NCBI GenBank assembly: GCA_012295275.1
Contig: CM022677.1
Coordinates: 17,236,001 to 17,300,000 of the forward strand
Source of the DNA: Chrysomallon squamiferum
Taxonomy: Eukaryota; Animalia; Mollusca
DNA: 64,000 nucleotides
Direction: 5' to 3'
The notes under the pieces are model-generated. The model did not search any database and was not told where the DNA came from. It saw only the letters and a program-made list of their open reading frames with translations. Both the position numbers and the translations under genes were made by a program. Positions within the stretch are counted from its first letter, which is position 1, and every line of letters starts with the position of its first letter. Below, piece by piece: positions 43,790-57,859 of this stretch.

Positions 43790-46700
43790 TCTAACCCACA
43801 CTGTCTATGCGATCTAACCACACAACATGTCATCATCTACATTTTTTGAACCAGTCATCACCCACTCTGTCTATTTGATCTACCCATACTGTACATCTGA
43901 TCTACCCCACAGTCAGGATATGATGACACAGTCTATATGATCTACCCACACTGTCAATGCGATCTACCCACAATGTCTATTTGATCTACCACAATGTCTA
44001 TTGTCTGATCTACCCACACTGTTTATGTGATCTACCACACTGTCTATGCGATCTACCACGATGTCTATGCGATCTACCACAATGTCTACATGATCTACCC
44101 ACACTGTCTATGCGATCTACCACACTGTCTATGCGATCTACCACAATGTCTATGCGATCTACCACAATGTCTACATGATCTACCCACACTGTCTATGCGA
44201 TCTACCACACTGTCTATGCGATCTACCACAATGTCTATGCGATCTACCACAATGTCTACATGATCTACCCACACAGTCTATGCGATCTACCACAATGTCT
44301 ATGCGATCTACCACAATGTCTACATGATCTACCCACACTGTCTATGCGATCTACCACACTGTCTATGCGATCTACCACAATGTCTACTTGATCAACCCAC
44401 ACTGTCTATGTGATCTATCCACACTGTCTATGTGATCTACCCACACTGTCTATCTGATCTACCCACACTGTCTATGTGATCTACCCACACTGTCTATGTG
44501 ATCTACCCACACTGTCTATGTGATCTACCCATACTGTCTTTGTGATCTAACCATACTGCCTATGTGATCTACCCACACTGTCTATGTGATCTACCCATAC
44601 TGTCTATGTGATCTACCTACACTGACCATGCGATCTACCCACACTGTCTATGCGATCTAACCACACTGTCTATGTGATCTACCCACACTGTCTATGTGAT
44701 CTACCCACACTGTCTACGTCATCTACCCACTCTGTCTATTTGATCTACCCATACTGTACATCTGATCTACCCACATTCTGTGTGATCTACCCACACAGTC
44801 TATGTGATCTACCCACACAGTCTATGTGATCTACCCACACTGTCAATGCGATCTACCACAATGTCTATGCGATCTACCACAATGTCTACATGATCTACCC
44901 ACACTGTTTATGTGATCTACCACACTGTCTATGCGATCTACCACAATGTCTATGCGATCTACCACAATGTCTACATGATCTACCCACACTGTCAATGCGA
45001 TCTACCACACTGTCTATGCGATCTACCACAATGTCTATGCGATCTACCACAATGTCTACATGATCTACCCACACTGTTTATGTGATCTACCACACTGTCT
45101 ATGCGATCTACCACAATGTCTATGCGATCTACCACAATGTCTACATGATCTACCCACACTGTCAATGCGATCTACCACACTGTCTATGCGATCTACCACA
45201 CTGTCTATGCGATCTACCACAATGTCTAGGCGATCTACCACAATGTCTACATGATCTACCCACACTGTCAATGCGATCTACCACACTGTCTATGCGATCT
45301 ACCACAATGTCTACATGATCTACCCACACTGTCAATGCGATCTACCACACTGTCTATGCGATCTACCACAATGTATATGCGATCTACCACAATGTCTACA
45401 TGATCTACCCACACTGTCAATGCGATCTACCACACTGTCTATGCGATCTACCACAATGTCTACATGATCTACCCACACTGTCAATGCGATCTACCACACT
45501 GTCAATGCGATCTACCACACTGTCTATGCGATCTACCACAATGTCTACATGATCTACCCACACTGTCAATGCGATCTATCACACTGTCTATGCGATCTAC
45601 CACAATGTATATGCGATCTACCACAATGTCTACATGATCTACCCACACTGTCAATGCGATCTACCACACTGTCTATGCGATCTACCACAATGTCTACATG
45701 ATCTACCCACAATGTCTATGCGATCTACCACAATGTCTATGTAATCTACCACACTGTCTATTTGATCTACAGACACTATTTGATCTACCCACACTGTCTA
45801 TGTTATCTATCCAGACTGTCTATTTGATCTACCCACACTGTCTATTTGAACTATCCACACTGTCTATGTCATCTAACCACAGTGTCTATTTGATCTACCC
45901 ACATATGATCTACCCACACTGTACATATGATCTACCCACACTGTCTATGTGATCTATCCACACTGTCTATATGATCTAACCACACTGTCTATGTGATCTA
46001 CCCACTCTATGTGATCTACCCACACTGTCTATATGATCTAACCACACTGTCTATTTGATCTATCCACACTGTCTATGTGATCTACCCACACTGTCTATGT
46101 GATCTACCCACACTGTCTATGTGATCTACCCACACTGTCTATGTGATCTAACCACAGTCTATGTGATCTACCCACACTGTCTATGTGATCTACCCACACA
46201 GACTATGTGATCTACCCACACTGTCTATGTGATCTACACACACTGTCTATGTGATCTACCCACACTGTCTATGTGATCTATCCACACTGTCTATGTGATC
46301 TACAAACACTGTCTATATCATCTACCCACACTGTCTATGTGATCTACCAACACTGTCTATGTGATCTACCCACTCTATGTGATCTACCCACACTGTCTAT
46401 ATGATCTAACCATACTGTCTATTTGATCTATCCACACTGTCTATGTGATCTACCCACACTCTATGTGATCTATCCACACTGTCTATGTGATCTACCCACA
46501 CTCTCTATTTGATATAACCACAGTCTATGTGATCTACCCACACTGTCTATGTGATCTACCCACACTGTCTATGTGATCTACCCACACTGTCTATGTGATC
46601 TACCCACACTGTCTATGTGATCTACCCACACTGTCTATGTGATCTACCCACACTGTCTATGTGATCTATCCACACTGTCTATGTGATATACACACACTGC

Positions 46701-47535
46701 CTATATCATCTATCCACACTGTCTATGTGATCTACCCACACTGTCTATATGATCTACCCACACTGTCTATGTGATCTACACACACTGTCTATATCATCTA
46801 CCCACACTGTCTGTCATCTACCCACACTGTATATGTGATCTACCCACACTGTCTATGTGATCTACCCACACTGTCTATGTGATCTACCCACACTGTCTAT
46901 TTGATCTGCCACACTGTATATGTGATCTATCCACACTGTCTATGTGATCTACCCACACTACACACAGTCTATTTGATCTACCCCACACTGTATATGTGAT
47001 CTACCCACACTGTATATGTGATCTACCCACACTGTCTATGTGATCTACCCACACTGTCTATTTGATCTGCCACACTGTATATGTGATCTATCCACACTGT
47101 CTATGTGATCTACCCACACTGTTTATGTGATCTACCCACACTGTCTATGTGATCTACCCACACTGTATATGTGATCTACCCACACTGTCTATGTGATCTA
47201 ACCACACTGTCTATGTGATCTACCCACACTGTATATGTGATCTATCCACACTGTATATGCGATCTACCCACACTGTCTGTCATCTACCCACACTGTCTAT
47301 GTGATCTACCCGCACTGTATATGTGATCTATCCACACTGTATATGTGATCTATCCAAACTGTATGTATGATCTACCCACACTATGTGATCTACCACACAG
47401 TCTATTTCATCTACCTCACTATTTGATCTATCATATTGTCTATGTGATCTACCACACCATTTGATCTACCACACTGTCTATGTGATCTACCACACTGTCT
47501 ATTTCGTCTACCATATTGTCTATGTGATCTAACCA
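43790..47535. repeat. 3.7-kb 21/22-bp minisatellite (TGTCTATGTGATCTACCCACAC) with higher-order subdomains
   Basis: Direct reading. Confidence 0.95.
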
Positions 47536-48667
47536 TGCTGATTGACGAATTGGACCCCACTGGTTTAGAAACTAATCTTTGTGCTTACAGATTGCTTATT
47601 ATTGATATCAATTTATATATATATATATATATATATACGTACATATATACATACATGTATCTCTGTCTTTCTCCATTTGTCTGTATTTAGTATACATATA
47701 GTGATTGTTTTATTTTATATTTGTTATTCAGTATTTTATCAGAAAAACAAAAAAGACGAATAACAAATAGTTCATTATATTAAAAAAACGAGATCATACA
47801 CGCACACACATACACACACATACACACACACATACATATGTAGAGAGAGAGAAAGATACAGACAAATGGAGAAAGACACTGCCAGACACTAAAAGAGGGA
47901 GAAAAACGAGTGAGTGAAATGCGAAAAAAAAAAAATACCGATTGAAAGAAATAAAACTACAGAATAACCAGACAAATGTGCAGACAGGCAAAATCGCTAA
48001 GACGGATGGAGACAGACAGAGAAAAAGAGACAAGACAGAGAAAGAAAGAGAGAAGACAAGGAGGAGACTGAAAAAAAAAAACGAGAGCGTCAAAAAGAAA
48101 AAAACCGAAGGAAATAACAAATAAAGAACAACAGGTTAAATAGACGCACATGTATCAATCTAAGCCTAATCTGGCGGTGTAACGGAATATTGTTTTCGAC
48201 TGAAATATGCCCGTAGTGTTTTCTGTCACTCCGATCAAGTGAGCCGTAATAATTGGTCTGCTCACCCAAAAATCGTCTCGCTTATTTCTTTTCACAAAAC
48301 AGCATTCGACTGCTGTTACCGATCGATTATTATTTTTTTTTTTTCCTCGTCTCTATTTTTCGCCATGCTTGAAGCTAATTCCTCGGGGAGTTTGTTCAAC
48401 AACTGTCTAAACTGTGAAGAAATGACACTGAGACAAACAAGTTTTTTTTTTTTTTTTTTTTTTGGCGTTTCCCTCATTGTTGAGTAGACGGTTGACCATT
48501 TCACCCTGAGGTGGGATAGTTAACGCGATCGATTCCCAGTCAGAGAAGCTCGAGGTGATATCCCGTTTTAATATGCAGGTCTGTATTTGATGGAGCGGTT
48601 TGTGGCACGAAAGTCACACCTGTTTATATCAGTAGGCTGACATATTTGTGTGCGTGCGTGTGTTTTT

Positions 48668-48754
<87 letters not shown>

Positions 48755-50166
48755 TAGAGAGAGAGAGAGATGGGAAGTAGCTGATAAGAAAGAAAAAACG
48801 TAGATAGATAGCTTGACTGTGAGAGAAAGAGAGAGATGGAAATGGAGAGTGACAGGAAGAAATAAAAAAAGATGAAAAAGCAAATTAGAGGAAGGGAGAG
48901 AACACATACGTTCACACAATCCATATATATCTATCTGTCTACCTATTTATCTATCTATCTATCATTTACAGTCATAGTGCAGATAGTACTAATAGTGTTT
49001 TAGGATAACAGCAGTAGTAGTAGTCGTAGTATATAATTTATCATTATTTAAAAGCAGTAGTATAGTCGTATATATATATATAATACAATATATATATATA
49101 TATATATATATACTATCATTAAAAAAATAAAATAAGACAGAAAAGAAAGATGGATCTAGAGAATAGACACACGCACAAACACACACTCACACACACACAC
49201 ACATATATATATAAAACCACATTAAAATAAACATTTACTGTTCTTTGATTTCTCTGCAAGATCCTATTCGTTTAAATAAACAATAAAATAATACAGTTAA
49301 TGGAAAGAGATGAATTAACATCTACCTCTGATGTCATAAACGCTTTTTTATATATACGTATTTCAATTCAGTGTGGGTGTTGAAGAACCATTTTAGAAGT
49401 GAAACATAAAACTAGGAGTAAAGAAAAACACAATTATCTTTAAACTTTTCTTGAGCGGATAATCATTCTTCGGCTTCGCGCTGTCTTTGCTTTTGATAAT
49501 ATTTCTTCCGGGTTCTTTCATGACGTTCTTTTCGCCGTGTTACTTCTGGCGTGATTTCCGCTTCTTTATGGCGCACCGCAGCCTTTTCAAATGCAGTGCG
49601 ACGGTTTCAGTGGATTTTCTGGTATTAAGTAAAAAATACACACTGTGCCAGTTCGCCCGAGTTGATGGACTCGCCACGTCAGGCAGAAATTTATCTCGAA
49701 TAAACTTGTCTTTTCAGATTTTACCCCTGGACTTGACTTTAATTAATTTATCTTTGCACTGCTAGGTCAGTAAACGCAAAGAGAATTCTTAATTAGAGGT
49801 TTATGCGTGCGAGAAAAGAAGAAGAAGAAGAAGAAGAAGGAAAAAAAAAAAAAAAAGTTTGAACGAAATTAAAAATGGGAATCAAAATAAAACGAAAAAA
49901 AAAAAAAAAAAAACAACAAAACAGGAATAGACAGAGATGTTGTGTACGGAGAAAAAGATTTATGGCGTAAAGAAAGTTTGAACAGCGTAGTCCTGATACT
50001 AATAAAAGCAGTAGTTGTAATAATAGTAGTAGAAGTAGTAGTAGTTGTTGCTGTTGTTGTTTTTTTGTAGTAGTTGAATACGCAGCAATAGTATAGTAAT
50101 ATAGTGGCAGAAGAAGTATCGGAAGTAGTAACAAAAGTAATAACCGCAGTAATAACAACAGTAGTC

Positions 50167-50233
<67 letters not shown>

Positions 50234-50400
50234 TAATAGTAGTAGTAGTAGTAGTAGTAGAAGTGGTAGTAATAGTAGTAGTAGTAGTAGTAGTGATAGT
50301 TGTAGTAGTAGTGGTAGCAGTGGTATCAATAGTAATAATACTAGTTGTATCAGTTTTGGTAATAGTGGCAGGAGAGGTAGTAGGATAGCAGCAGCAGCAC

Positions 50401-50444
<44 letters not shown>

Positions 50445-51589
50445 TAGTAGTAGTAGAAGAAGAAGTATAGTAATAGCTAATAGTAACAAAAATTGTTGAT
50501 AGTTAAAAACAGTTTATAAATATAGAACAAAACAGCAGTGGAAATGATTTAAAGTAATCTGAACTTTTTACTGACAGTTTGTTTTAGACGTATTATTATT
50601 ACAAAGATATTGCGTATGCTATCCTGTGATTGGGAGGGTCCATATAAAAACCCACTTATTGCTAAATAAGAAATATATTCTTACAGTCATATGACTATAT
50701 TGTGGGTTAGTAAATAAAACATTAATTTTCCTCCTTCCTATATATGTCTTATTTATTAGAAGGCTTTTTCTTCTATATTTTTCACTTTTGTGGGAGTTCA
50801 TTATATAGTTATTAATATTTTTTTTTTTTTTTTTTTAAATATATATATATATATATATAATATATATAAAAACATTATTCTCTAATTGGTTTAGAGAGAA
50901 GAAAAACTGTAAGATTATCTACCAAACGTTAACTATAAATGAACAATTTTTCCATTCTGAACTTAACTAGCTGTTCTTTTCCTTTCATTATCTTTTTTTC
51001 TCTGTTTATATAGGTGTCAATTTAATATGATTATCAAACAACAGTTGCGTGAACGTTTCAGTGTAACTTCGCATTAGAAAGAAGAATCTCGAAAGCACCT
51101 AAGATTGATATAAAAACTGATGAACGTTTGGAACCTCATTACAATGGTGTATTGCTTTTAGACGTTTCGCTTTATGTCTGACCTCCGTTGCCAGCATTTT
51201 CATTACACTTCAGATTGATGGCCTGCATATCAGGGCACAGCTATCTAAAATTATGTTGCGCCTGCTATAGCGATACATTAACTCGTCTGTGAAAAGTCTA
51301 ATGCAAGATAAAAATCACGTGACCGTCATTCGTCAGTGTTTCGACTTTGACAAATGAAGTATTTCTGAGTTTTGAATGGGCAGTTTTGGGTTTAAACATA
51401 AACAACATGCGTCAGTTTGGTAAAGATGGTTGAAAATCGTTATTGTCCGACTCTGTCTCTATCCTCTCTTCATTCGAACACTATTTCATTCTTTCCTTTT
51501 CTTTTTTCTTTCTCAATATCACTGCATCTCTGAACACTATTTCATCCTTTCTTTTTTGTATTTCAATTTTTTCAAACACTTTCATTGCA

Positions 51590-51641
<52 letters not shown>

Positions 51642-52407
51642 TACCTTTATTCTCTTCCTAAAACTTTTTCTCTTTTTATCATTTCTATTTCTCTCAATTT
51701 ATTACGATTTCAGTCAAGCAGCTGTCTCCATTGAAATTTATTTTTCAGTATTGTAATCATAGACTCTTTAACTTGGTGAATTAATTCATTTCGATGTGAT
51801 GAAAATTAATTTTAATGTATTTTTATTTCTTTTTATAAGAATTGCCTTAGTATGCAGGTGTAGTATGTAAATTGGTGGGACCAGAAAGGCTGTGGATTTC
51901 GAAATTTTTCTGTTTTGGGGAATAGGAGACAATCGCCTGAAAATAAAATCTAATCTACTAATGAATTCATTTATATTTAACGTACAACTTATACAAATAT
52001 GTTTTAATACATACATTTTAATAATTACGATCTTTCCGGTTAAGAGATACTTTATCTGTATTTGCATTAATTAAACAAACTAATATTTTTAATTATTAAA
52101 ACATATGAATTTAAAACAAATAAACAAACAATCAAACAAATAAATGCTATTCAAGTCCTAGTTTTCGTTATGTTGTAAGGGAGATAACCCATGCATGTTT
52201 AGACGTATGACTGAACATTTTAATCTTGAATCCTTTATTTATTTTGTATTATCTTATATGAATGCCTGTCTGTGTGTGTGTGTGTGTGTGCGTGCGTGCA
52301 TTTCATTTTGTCTATCTTCACAACTTAACCCATTTCTCTCTTATATTAATTCATGAAATTTCTGTATGTATCTAAAAGTAAATAAATAAATATATAAGCA
52401 ACTGTCA

Positions 52408-52413
52408 TTTATT
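52408..52413 (-). promoter_or_regulatory. Candidate polyadenylation signal AATAAA of the GON/TSP1 gene (~0.95 kb 3' UTR)
   Basis: tttatt on the + strand with T-rich sequence downstream on the - strand. Lies near the CpG-content boundary. Other AATAAA hexamers occur nearby. Confidence 0.35.
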
Positions 52414-53001
52414 GAAAAAACAACACACACCAGTGAATAGCCATTTTCTTTATATTTGAACAACATCATAACCATGATGAAGATGATTGGTAAAGAGTTA
52501 AAACTAAAACAGCTTTAACATCAGTGTATGATACACCACATTCAAGTAATAATAATAACAGTGATGATAAATAAAATGTCCAGAAATACAATATTTTAAT
52601 GAATGAACAAGAGCAATGTATAATATTTATGATGATTAAATAATAAACAACATCAAAAAAACAAATCTGTTATCACATTCTGGTAATGATGACAATAATG
52701 TTAATGATAATTAAATCAAGAGATTCAAAAAATAAAATATTTTAATGAAATAACATGAAGTATGTATTATATATATGTAACCAGTTAAAATACAAAGTAA
52801 ATCAGAAAACAAGCTATTATCTATACTATGGAAAACTGAAACTAACAAAATGCAATTCAGCCCACTAAAACCATCTTAGTTGTAGTTAGTTCATGTCAGC
52901 TTTCTTAATCAACAACAAAATAATTGTTAAAAACTACTGATATTAATTGGATAACTGTAATTTCTGCTGTAATCTCAATAATATGTATAGGTATATGTAT
53001 A

Positions 53002-53055
<54 letters not shown>

Positions 53056-53093
53056 TTTTAATCAACATATTTCTTAGCAGTGATTTTAAATAA

Positions 53094-53170
<77 letters not shown>

Positions 53171-53348
53171 GTGTTTATTTTACTGACTGGGTATTTTTAA
53201 TTATGGACTGTCTTCTCTCAGATCTTATTATAATTATACAGATGCTGTTAAAATTAGCACAAGAAGAAGGTTAAAACATTCTGAGGCACTCACAAAGATG
53301 CTATATTTTTGGTTCCATACTGAACTATTAACTTTCTACTTCCTTTAA

Positions 53349-53359
53349 TCACAACTCGC
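53349..53359 (-). CDS. Coding part of the putative terminal exon: (G)EL-stop
   Basis: atgatttcag|GCGAGTTGTGA. Phase-1 entry gives GGC GAG TTG TGA, followed by AT-rich UTR-like sequence. Confidence 0.6.
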
Positions 53360-53536
53360 CTGAAATCATACAAAATAAAAACACAGAGATGATAATGATG
53401 ATGATGATGATAATAATAATAGTAATAATAGTAATAATAATAATAATGATAATGGGAATGATGATGATGATGATAATGATTATCATCATCATAATAAATA
53501 TATTACTAAATATTAAATGTAATAATATATTCGTAC

Positions 53537-53554
53537 CTTCTTCACTTCCAGACC
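53537..53554 (-). CDS. Microexon 4 (18 nt, phase 1-1), GSGSEE
   Basis: ctttattcag|GGTCTGGAAGTGAAGAAG|gtacga. Confidence 0.75.
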
Positions 53555-53832
53555 CTGAATAAAGGAAAATAGACAAACATGTATTTTTATTATTTACTAT
53601 GCATATTATTATTTATTTTTTCAAATTGTTAATAAAAATACCTTCTACTTCTAATATATATATACATATATAGAGAGAGAGAGAGAGAGAGAGAGGGGCT
53701 TATTGCTGCTGCTATTACTACTAACACTACTCCTATGATTACTACTACTACTAATAATAATATTACTAAACATATTAAATATGAAGCTGAAATTTATTTT
53801 TAGAAGTAAAAAAAATAATAACATATTCATAC

Positions 53833-53850
53833 CTTCTTCACCGCCAGACC
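53833..53850 (-). CDS. Microexon 3 (18 nt, phase 1-1), GSGGEE
   Basis: ctttattcag|GGTCTGGCGGTGAAGAAG|gtatga. Confidence 0.75.
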
Positions 53851-53949
53851 CTGAATAAAGAAAAATAGAGACACATGTAGCTTTATTATTTAGTATGCAT
53901 ATTATTATGTACTTTAGCAAAGTGTTAATAAAAATACCTACTATGGCTA

Positions 53950-54044
<95 letters not shown>

Positions 54045-54063
54045 CAGCTACTGCTATTCCTAT

Positions 54064-54127
<64 letters not shown>

Positions 54128-54217
54128 TATAATAATAATAATAATAAGTAATAATATTAAATATGAGCATAAACTGAAGTTTATTTTGAATAGAAAAAAA
54201 TTATGATACATTCATAC

Positions 54218-54235
54218 CTTCTTTGCTGCCAGACC
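54218..54235 (-). CDS. Microexon 2 (18 nt, phase 1-1), GSGSKE
   Basis: ctttattcag|GGTCTGGCAGCAAAGAAG|gtatga. Confidence 0.75.
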
Positions 54236-54561
54236 CTGAATAAAGAAAAACAGAACACATGTATTTTACAAAACTGTAATACCTACTATTGCTAGTAGAT
54301 GACAGAGAGAGAGACACCTACTACTGCTAATAATAATAACTACTATTACTACTATTACTGCTGTATACCCCTACTAAACTATACCCCTACTGAACTATAT
54401 TACTACTAACACTACTATTATTCCCACTATTTCTTTAAGTGTTACTGGTATTAACCATTAGGAAATATGACAGTCTTCTTATATAATAATAATAATAATA
54501 ATAACAACAACAACAAAAAGAAGAAGAAAATCACAATTGGTAATAAATATTGTAATCTTAC

Positions 54562-54579
54562 CTTCTTCAGATTCAGACC
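54562..54579 (-). CDS. Microexon 1 (18 nt, phase 1-1), GSESEE
   Basis: ctttattcag|GGTCTGAATCTGAAGAAG|gtaaga. Confidence 0.75.
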
Positions 54580-54763
54580 CTGAATAAAGAAAGACAAACA
54601 TTTACTTAATATTATCCTGTTTGACAATGATTGGTAGGTATTACCTCTGTGTGCATGTGTGTATGTGTGTGTTTCTGTCAGTAGATATATAATCTCTCAT
54701 CCATTTACATCCCTCTAAAGCATATTCCTACCTCTCCACTTGTTCAGTCTGCAATGCTTATTG

Positions 54764-54834
<71 letters not shown>

Positions 54835-55182
54835 TCTTTTCAATAATGAATACAGATATGCTGATAATAATAACAATAATAATATTTACTAAAAATAATA
54901 ATAACAGTAATAATAGTATAATAATGGGTAAAATTAAAAATAATAATTATTATTTTATTACAATAATAATATGAAAATAATAATAGTAATAATAACAACA
55001 GCAATAATAATAATTGCATAATAATAATAAAAAACCAGAACAACAACAACATCAATAATAATCATAATAATAATAATAGTATTAATAATAATAATAATAA
55101 TAACAATAACAATAATAATAACAAGAACAAAAATAATAAAATAACAACAACAACAACAATGACAGTAATAATGATGTGTTAC

Positions 55183-55365
55183 CTTCACAAACAAAACAGC
55201 TTTCAGTAACAACTTTGCTGTCATACCCACTGCAGTCTTTTCCTCCATTCTGAGGTTTTGGATTTGTGCAGAGTCTTTTCTCCGTCACTTCTCTAAAACC
55301 AGCGCTGCATGAAACACTGCATCTACTTCTCTTTAAACGAGCCCACCCTGACCAACCTCCATCAA
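55183..55365 (-). CDS. Exon G (183 nt, phase 1-1); TSP1 repeat 5
   Basis: Acceptor tttttcag, donor gtaaca. Encodes (V)DGGWSGWARLKRSRCSVSCSAGFREVTEKRLCTNPKPQNGGKDCSGYDSKVVTESCFVCE. Confidence 0.9.
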
Positions 55366-55395
55366 CTGAAAAATATATTTTATTTTCTTAACTAT

Positions 55396-55460
<65 letters not shown>

Positions 55461-56464
55461 AAGTCATTTTGAATGAAAAGCAGATGTCATACCCATGAAT
55501 GTAATTCTCATTTTTTTTGTTTATTTACTGTTTACTGTATATGTATTTTTTATTGTTATATTGTACAATAAGTTATTTATGTACATACATCATACATACA
55601 GACATATATACAAACATACATACATACAAACATACATACATACATACATACATACATGCATACATATACATACATACATACATGCATGTCTTTAAATTAA
55701 TTTACATACATACATATATACACACACGTACATACAGACATACATATAAACATACATATATAAATACATAAATATAGACATACATACATACATACATACA
55801 TACATCTTCCTTAACAGGTGATAATTTGTTATTATTTTTATGTTCTTCATAAATATAATAAATACAAATGTTTTACTTAGCAATTCATTGAACAGAAGGG
55901 TCCCTATGTACATTGCTTCACACATACATAGACACCAAATAAGGGAAAACATTTTGAATGAAAAGCAGACATTATCACCATGACACTAATTCTAAATTTT
56001 TGTTGTTTTCTTATTCTTTACTGTATATTTATTTTTACTGTTAAATTATTGATTATACATTTATTATTATACACAATACTATATTTATGTAAGCTAAATA
56101 GTGAAAATATTTCAGGATGTTTTTCAACTGTACTTTTCTGGTTATATTAAATTAACACTAAATAATAACAAACAAACAACATTTAACTTGGCAATTTATT
56201 TTAGACTATTTCCTAATGTTACCAAAGACATAAAATGTATAAACATCATAAGATAAAGGCAATGTAAGGAATTTTTTTTAACCGTAATTTAGTTATAAAT
56301 CATTTATAAATAAAGACTAAATAGCAAAGAACAATTAAAACGTGACTTAGAAATGTATACTTCAAAGGTACACTTCATAAATGATATTTTTACTTATATT
56401 TGACAATATCTATATATATATAAAAATATACATGTGTGTGTGTGTGTGTGTGTGTTATCATCAC

Positions 56465-56659
56465 CTGGGCAGTTTACTTTTGTACCAGGATCACACATCT
56501 CAGTACGATATTTGCTACGTTCACCAAAACACTTCATTCCTCCATTTGCAGGGGCTGGACTGGTGCAGCTCCTTTCCAGCCTCACCCTACCAATCCCTGG
56601 GACACAGGTCCCAGAACAATCGATTCTCTTCACCCTCCACGAACTCCACCCACCATCCA
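56465..56659 (-). CDS. Exon F (195 nt, phase 1-1); TSP1 repeat 4
   Basis: Acceptor poly-T-cag, donor gtgatg. Encodes (V)DGGWSSWRVKRIDCSGTCVPGIGRVRLERSCTSPAPANGGMKCFGERSKYRTEMCDPGTKVNCP. Confidence 0.9.
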
Positions 56660-56899
56660 CTGAAAAAAAAAAAAAAAAAAAAACTTTCTTTCTGATCCTG
56701 TTTCATTGTTAAATGCTTCAATGGTGATATTTAAAACCACCATCCATAGAGAAAAAAAACCCCAAAAACCTGTCTTTCTGATGTTTTTTTTGTTGTTAAA
56801 TGCTTCATTTGTAATATTTAAAAATACAAAGAATAATTACTGAATATTGCTTAGTACGTTTTCTGATATTTTCTTTTTAGGGCACTCCTGTACATTTTT

Positions 56900-57600
56900 T
56901 ATTTTAGATTTTATCTAAATTTTTAATTTTAGATTGTATCTAAATTCTTCATTTTATATTATATCTGAATTTTAAATTTTATATGATAACTAAATTTTTA
57001 ATTTATGACGTATTCTAAGCTATCATTTCTGATTACATAATAAATGTTTCATTTTATAATGTTATCCACATTTTAAATTTTAGACGATTATATTGTAATT
57101 TTTCATTTTTGAATACATCTAAATTGTTCTTGCTAGATTATATCTAAATTTTTCATTTTATTTGATAATCTAAATTGTCAATTTTATATTATATTTAAAT
57201 ATTTTCATTTTAAATTATATCCCTAAATATAATAATTTAAAAAGAAAACATGGAACAAGGACTAGTTGGTGAACATGTAATCTGGTTTTCATTTTCGTTT
57301 TCAATTTTTTCATTTTAAATTCTTTTTATTTGAAAATTATATCTAAATATTTTCATTTTAAATTATATCTAATTTTTTCATTTTAAATTATATCTAAAAT
57401 TTTTTTTAAATTGAAATTTAAATTTTATTTTAAATTATACCTAATTTTTTCATTTTAAATTATATCTAATTTTTTCATTTTATATTATACCTAATTTTTT
57501 CATTTGAAACTGCATCTAATTTTTTCATTTTAAATTATATCTAATTTTTTTTTCATTTTATATTATTTTTCATTTTAAAAATATTTTTTTTCATCTAATC
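56900..57600. repeat. Degenerate ~27-bp AT-rich intronic repeat (CATTTTAAATTATATCTAATTTTTT)
   Basis: Direct reading. Confidence 0.8.
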
Positions 57601-57670
57601 TAAAATTTTACAAATCTAATTAATTTTTTTTCACTTTATATCATATCTCATTATAATAATTCAAAACTAC

Positions 57671-57859
57671 CTGGACAAGGTTTGGTTCGTAAACATGGCT
57701 CTGTAAATGATCTGGTAGTTTTTCCTGGGCATGTATCCCCCCCATCAGCCGGCTTCGGGTTGTCACATGACCTGAATTTCACCACAGTTTTAGTCCTGGG
57801 GTCACAAGCAGGAGAACACGCCCCTTCGATTACTACCCAGCTCCCCCATCCACCATGCA
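57671..57859 (-). CDS. Exon E (189 nt, phase 1-1); TSP1 repeat 3
   Basis: Acceptor ttttctcag, donor gtagtt. Encodes (V)[62 protein letters not shown]. Confidence 0.9.

Noticed and set aside
43957-45952. Cys/His-rich ORFs (HCLCDLP repeats) resembling metal-binding proteins
   Set aside because: They are frames through the 21/22-bp satellite, broken by every 22-mer.
48501-48558. Imperfect hairpin (TCACCCTGAG…TGGGA…TCCCA…CTCGAGGTGA) as a possible pre-miRNA
   Set aside because: The stem is short with a large asymmetric bulge, and I recognise no conserved miRNA in it.
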